DNA of 64,000 nucleotides from Escherichia coli (GTDB lineage Bacteria; Pseudomonadota; Gammaproteobacteria; Enterobacterales; Enterobacteriaceae): NCBI RefSeq assembly GCF_003790525.1, contig NZ_CP033635.1; one strand, 5' to 3'. Shown piece by piece: positions 63,055 to 64,000 of this stretch (position 1 is its first letter; each line of letters starts with the position of its first letter). The notes under the pieces were generated by a model. It saw only the letters and a program-made list of their open reading frames with translations, ran no database searches and was not told where the DNA came from. The position numbers and the translations under genes were made by a program.

Positions 63055-63100
63055 CCCCGAATATCTCACCTTTAGCACTACCAGTTACAGAGAACTTAAG

Positions 63101-63478
63101 ATGAAAACATTACCTGACACACACGTACGGGAGGCATCGCGCTGCCCGTCTCCCGTCACCATCTGGCAGACACTGCTCACCCGACTGTTGGACCAGCATT
63201 ACGGCCTCACACTGAATGACACACCGTTCGCTGATGAACGTGTGATTGAGCAGCATATTGAGGCAGGCATTTCACTGTGCGATGCGGTGAACTTTCTCGT
63301 TGAAAAATACGCACTGGTACGTACCGACCAGCCAGGATTCAGCGCCTGTACCCGTTCTCAGTTAATAAACAGTATTGATATCCTCCGGGCCCGCCGGGCA
63401 ACCGGCCTGATGGCCCGCGACAATTACAGAACGGTAAATAACATTACCCTGGGTAAACATCCGGGGGCGAAACAATGA
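63101..63478 (+). CDS. cbtA: type IV toxin-antitoxin toxin CbtA (YeeV family)
   Basis: MKTLPDTHVREASRCPSPVTIWQTLLTRLLDQHYGLTLNDTPFADERVIEQHIEAGISLCDAVNFLVEKY...; start at internal ATG of ORF 62999-63478. Confidence 0.8.
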   Translation: MKTLPDTHVREASRCPSPVTIWQTLLTRLLDQHYGLTLNDTPFADERVIEQHIEAGISLCDAVNFLVEKYALVRTDQPGFSACTRSQLINSIDILRARRATGLMARDNYRTVNNITLGKHPGAKQ

Positions 63479-63966
63479 AACTGGCCCTGACGCTGGAAGC
63501 CGACAGCATTAACGTGCAGGCACTGAACATGGGGCGCATTGTCGTTGACGTCGATGGTGTTACTCTCGCTGAACTGATTAACGTGGTCTGCGATAACGGT
63601 TACTCCCTTCGTGTTGTTGATGAATCTGACCGGACATCAGCAGAGCGCACGCCATCATCTGCGGCGGCCCTTACCGGCATACGCTGCAGTACCGCGCATA
63701 TCACGGCAAAGGACAACGCCTGGCTGTACTCGCTGTCACATCAGACGAATGGCACCGGCGAATCAGAATGGATTCATTTCACAGGTAGCGGATATCTGTT
63801 ACGTACCGATGCGTGGTCATACCCGGTTCTGCGGCTTAAGCGCCTGGGCCTGTCAAAAACGTTCCGTCGTCTGGTTGTCACACTTACCCGACGTTATGGC
63901 GTCAGTCTCATTCATCTGGATGCCAGCGCTGAATGTCTGCCGGACCTGCCCACTTTCGACTGGTAA
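63475..63966 (+). CDS. YeeW-like protein
   Basis: 163 aa immediately downstream of cbtA with 4-nt overlap; conserved position. Confidence 0.55.
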   Translation: MKLALTLEADSINVQALNMGRIVVDVDGVTLAELINVVCDNGYSLRVVDESDRTSAERTPSSAAALTGIRCSTAHITAKDNAWLYSLSHQTNGTGESEWIHFTGSGYLLRTDAWSYPVLRLKRLGLSKTFRRLVVTLTRRYGVSLIHLDASAECLPDLPTFDW

Positions 63967-64000
63967 CCAGGAACAACATGAAATCATTAACCACGGAAAC

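Overview
The window reads as a mosaic accessory region of an Escherichia coli-like replicon; all calls are by eye from the ORF track and sequence, with no searches run. Left to right: the 3' part of a raffinose operon (rafA' -rafB-rafD plus a glycoporin); an IS1 copy carrying an IS2 fragment; a cassette headed by a WYL regulator with two unusual membrane proteins; an Hra/Tia-family outer-membrane gene; a P4-type integrase remnant; a type I restriction-modification operon (hsdRMS) with a two-gene ATPase module directly downstream of hsdS; an ISL3 fragment; a nucleotide-themed cluster (MazG-like, HigB-like plus HTH-ImmA peptidase, thymidylate-synthase-like operon, IS3, dGTPase-like); an orphaned pap phase-variation switch; a high-GC resistance module (floR, tetA(A)/tetR(A), strA, strB, sul2); an adhesin fragment and IS debris; and a CP4-like island ending in a cbeA/cbtA toxin-antitoxin pair. 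The best candidates for an undescribed system are the WYL-headed cassette (10401-14306), the hsdS-linked ATPase pair (16094-18612) and the thymidylate-synthase-like operon with its HTH-peptidase neighbour (26703-30032). Coordinates of non-ORF features are approximate to a few bp.
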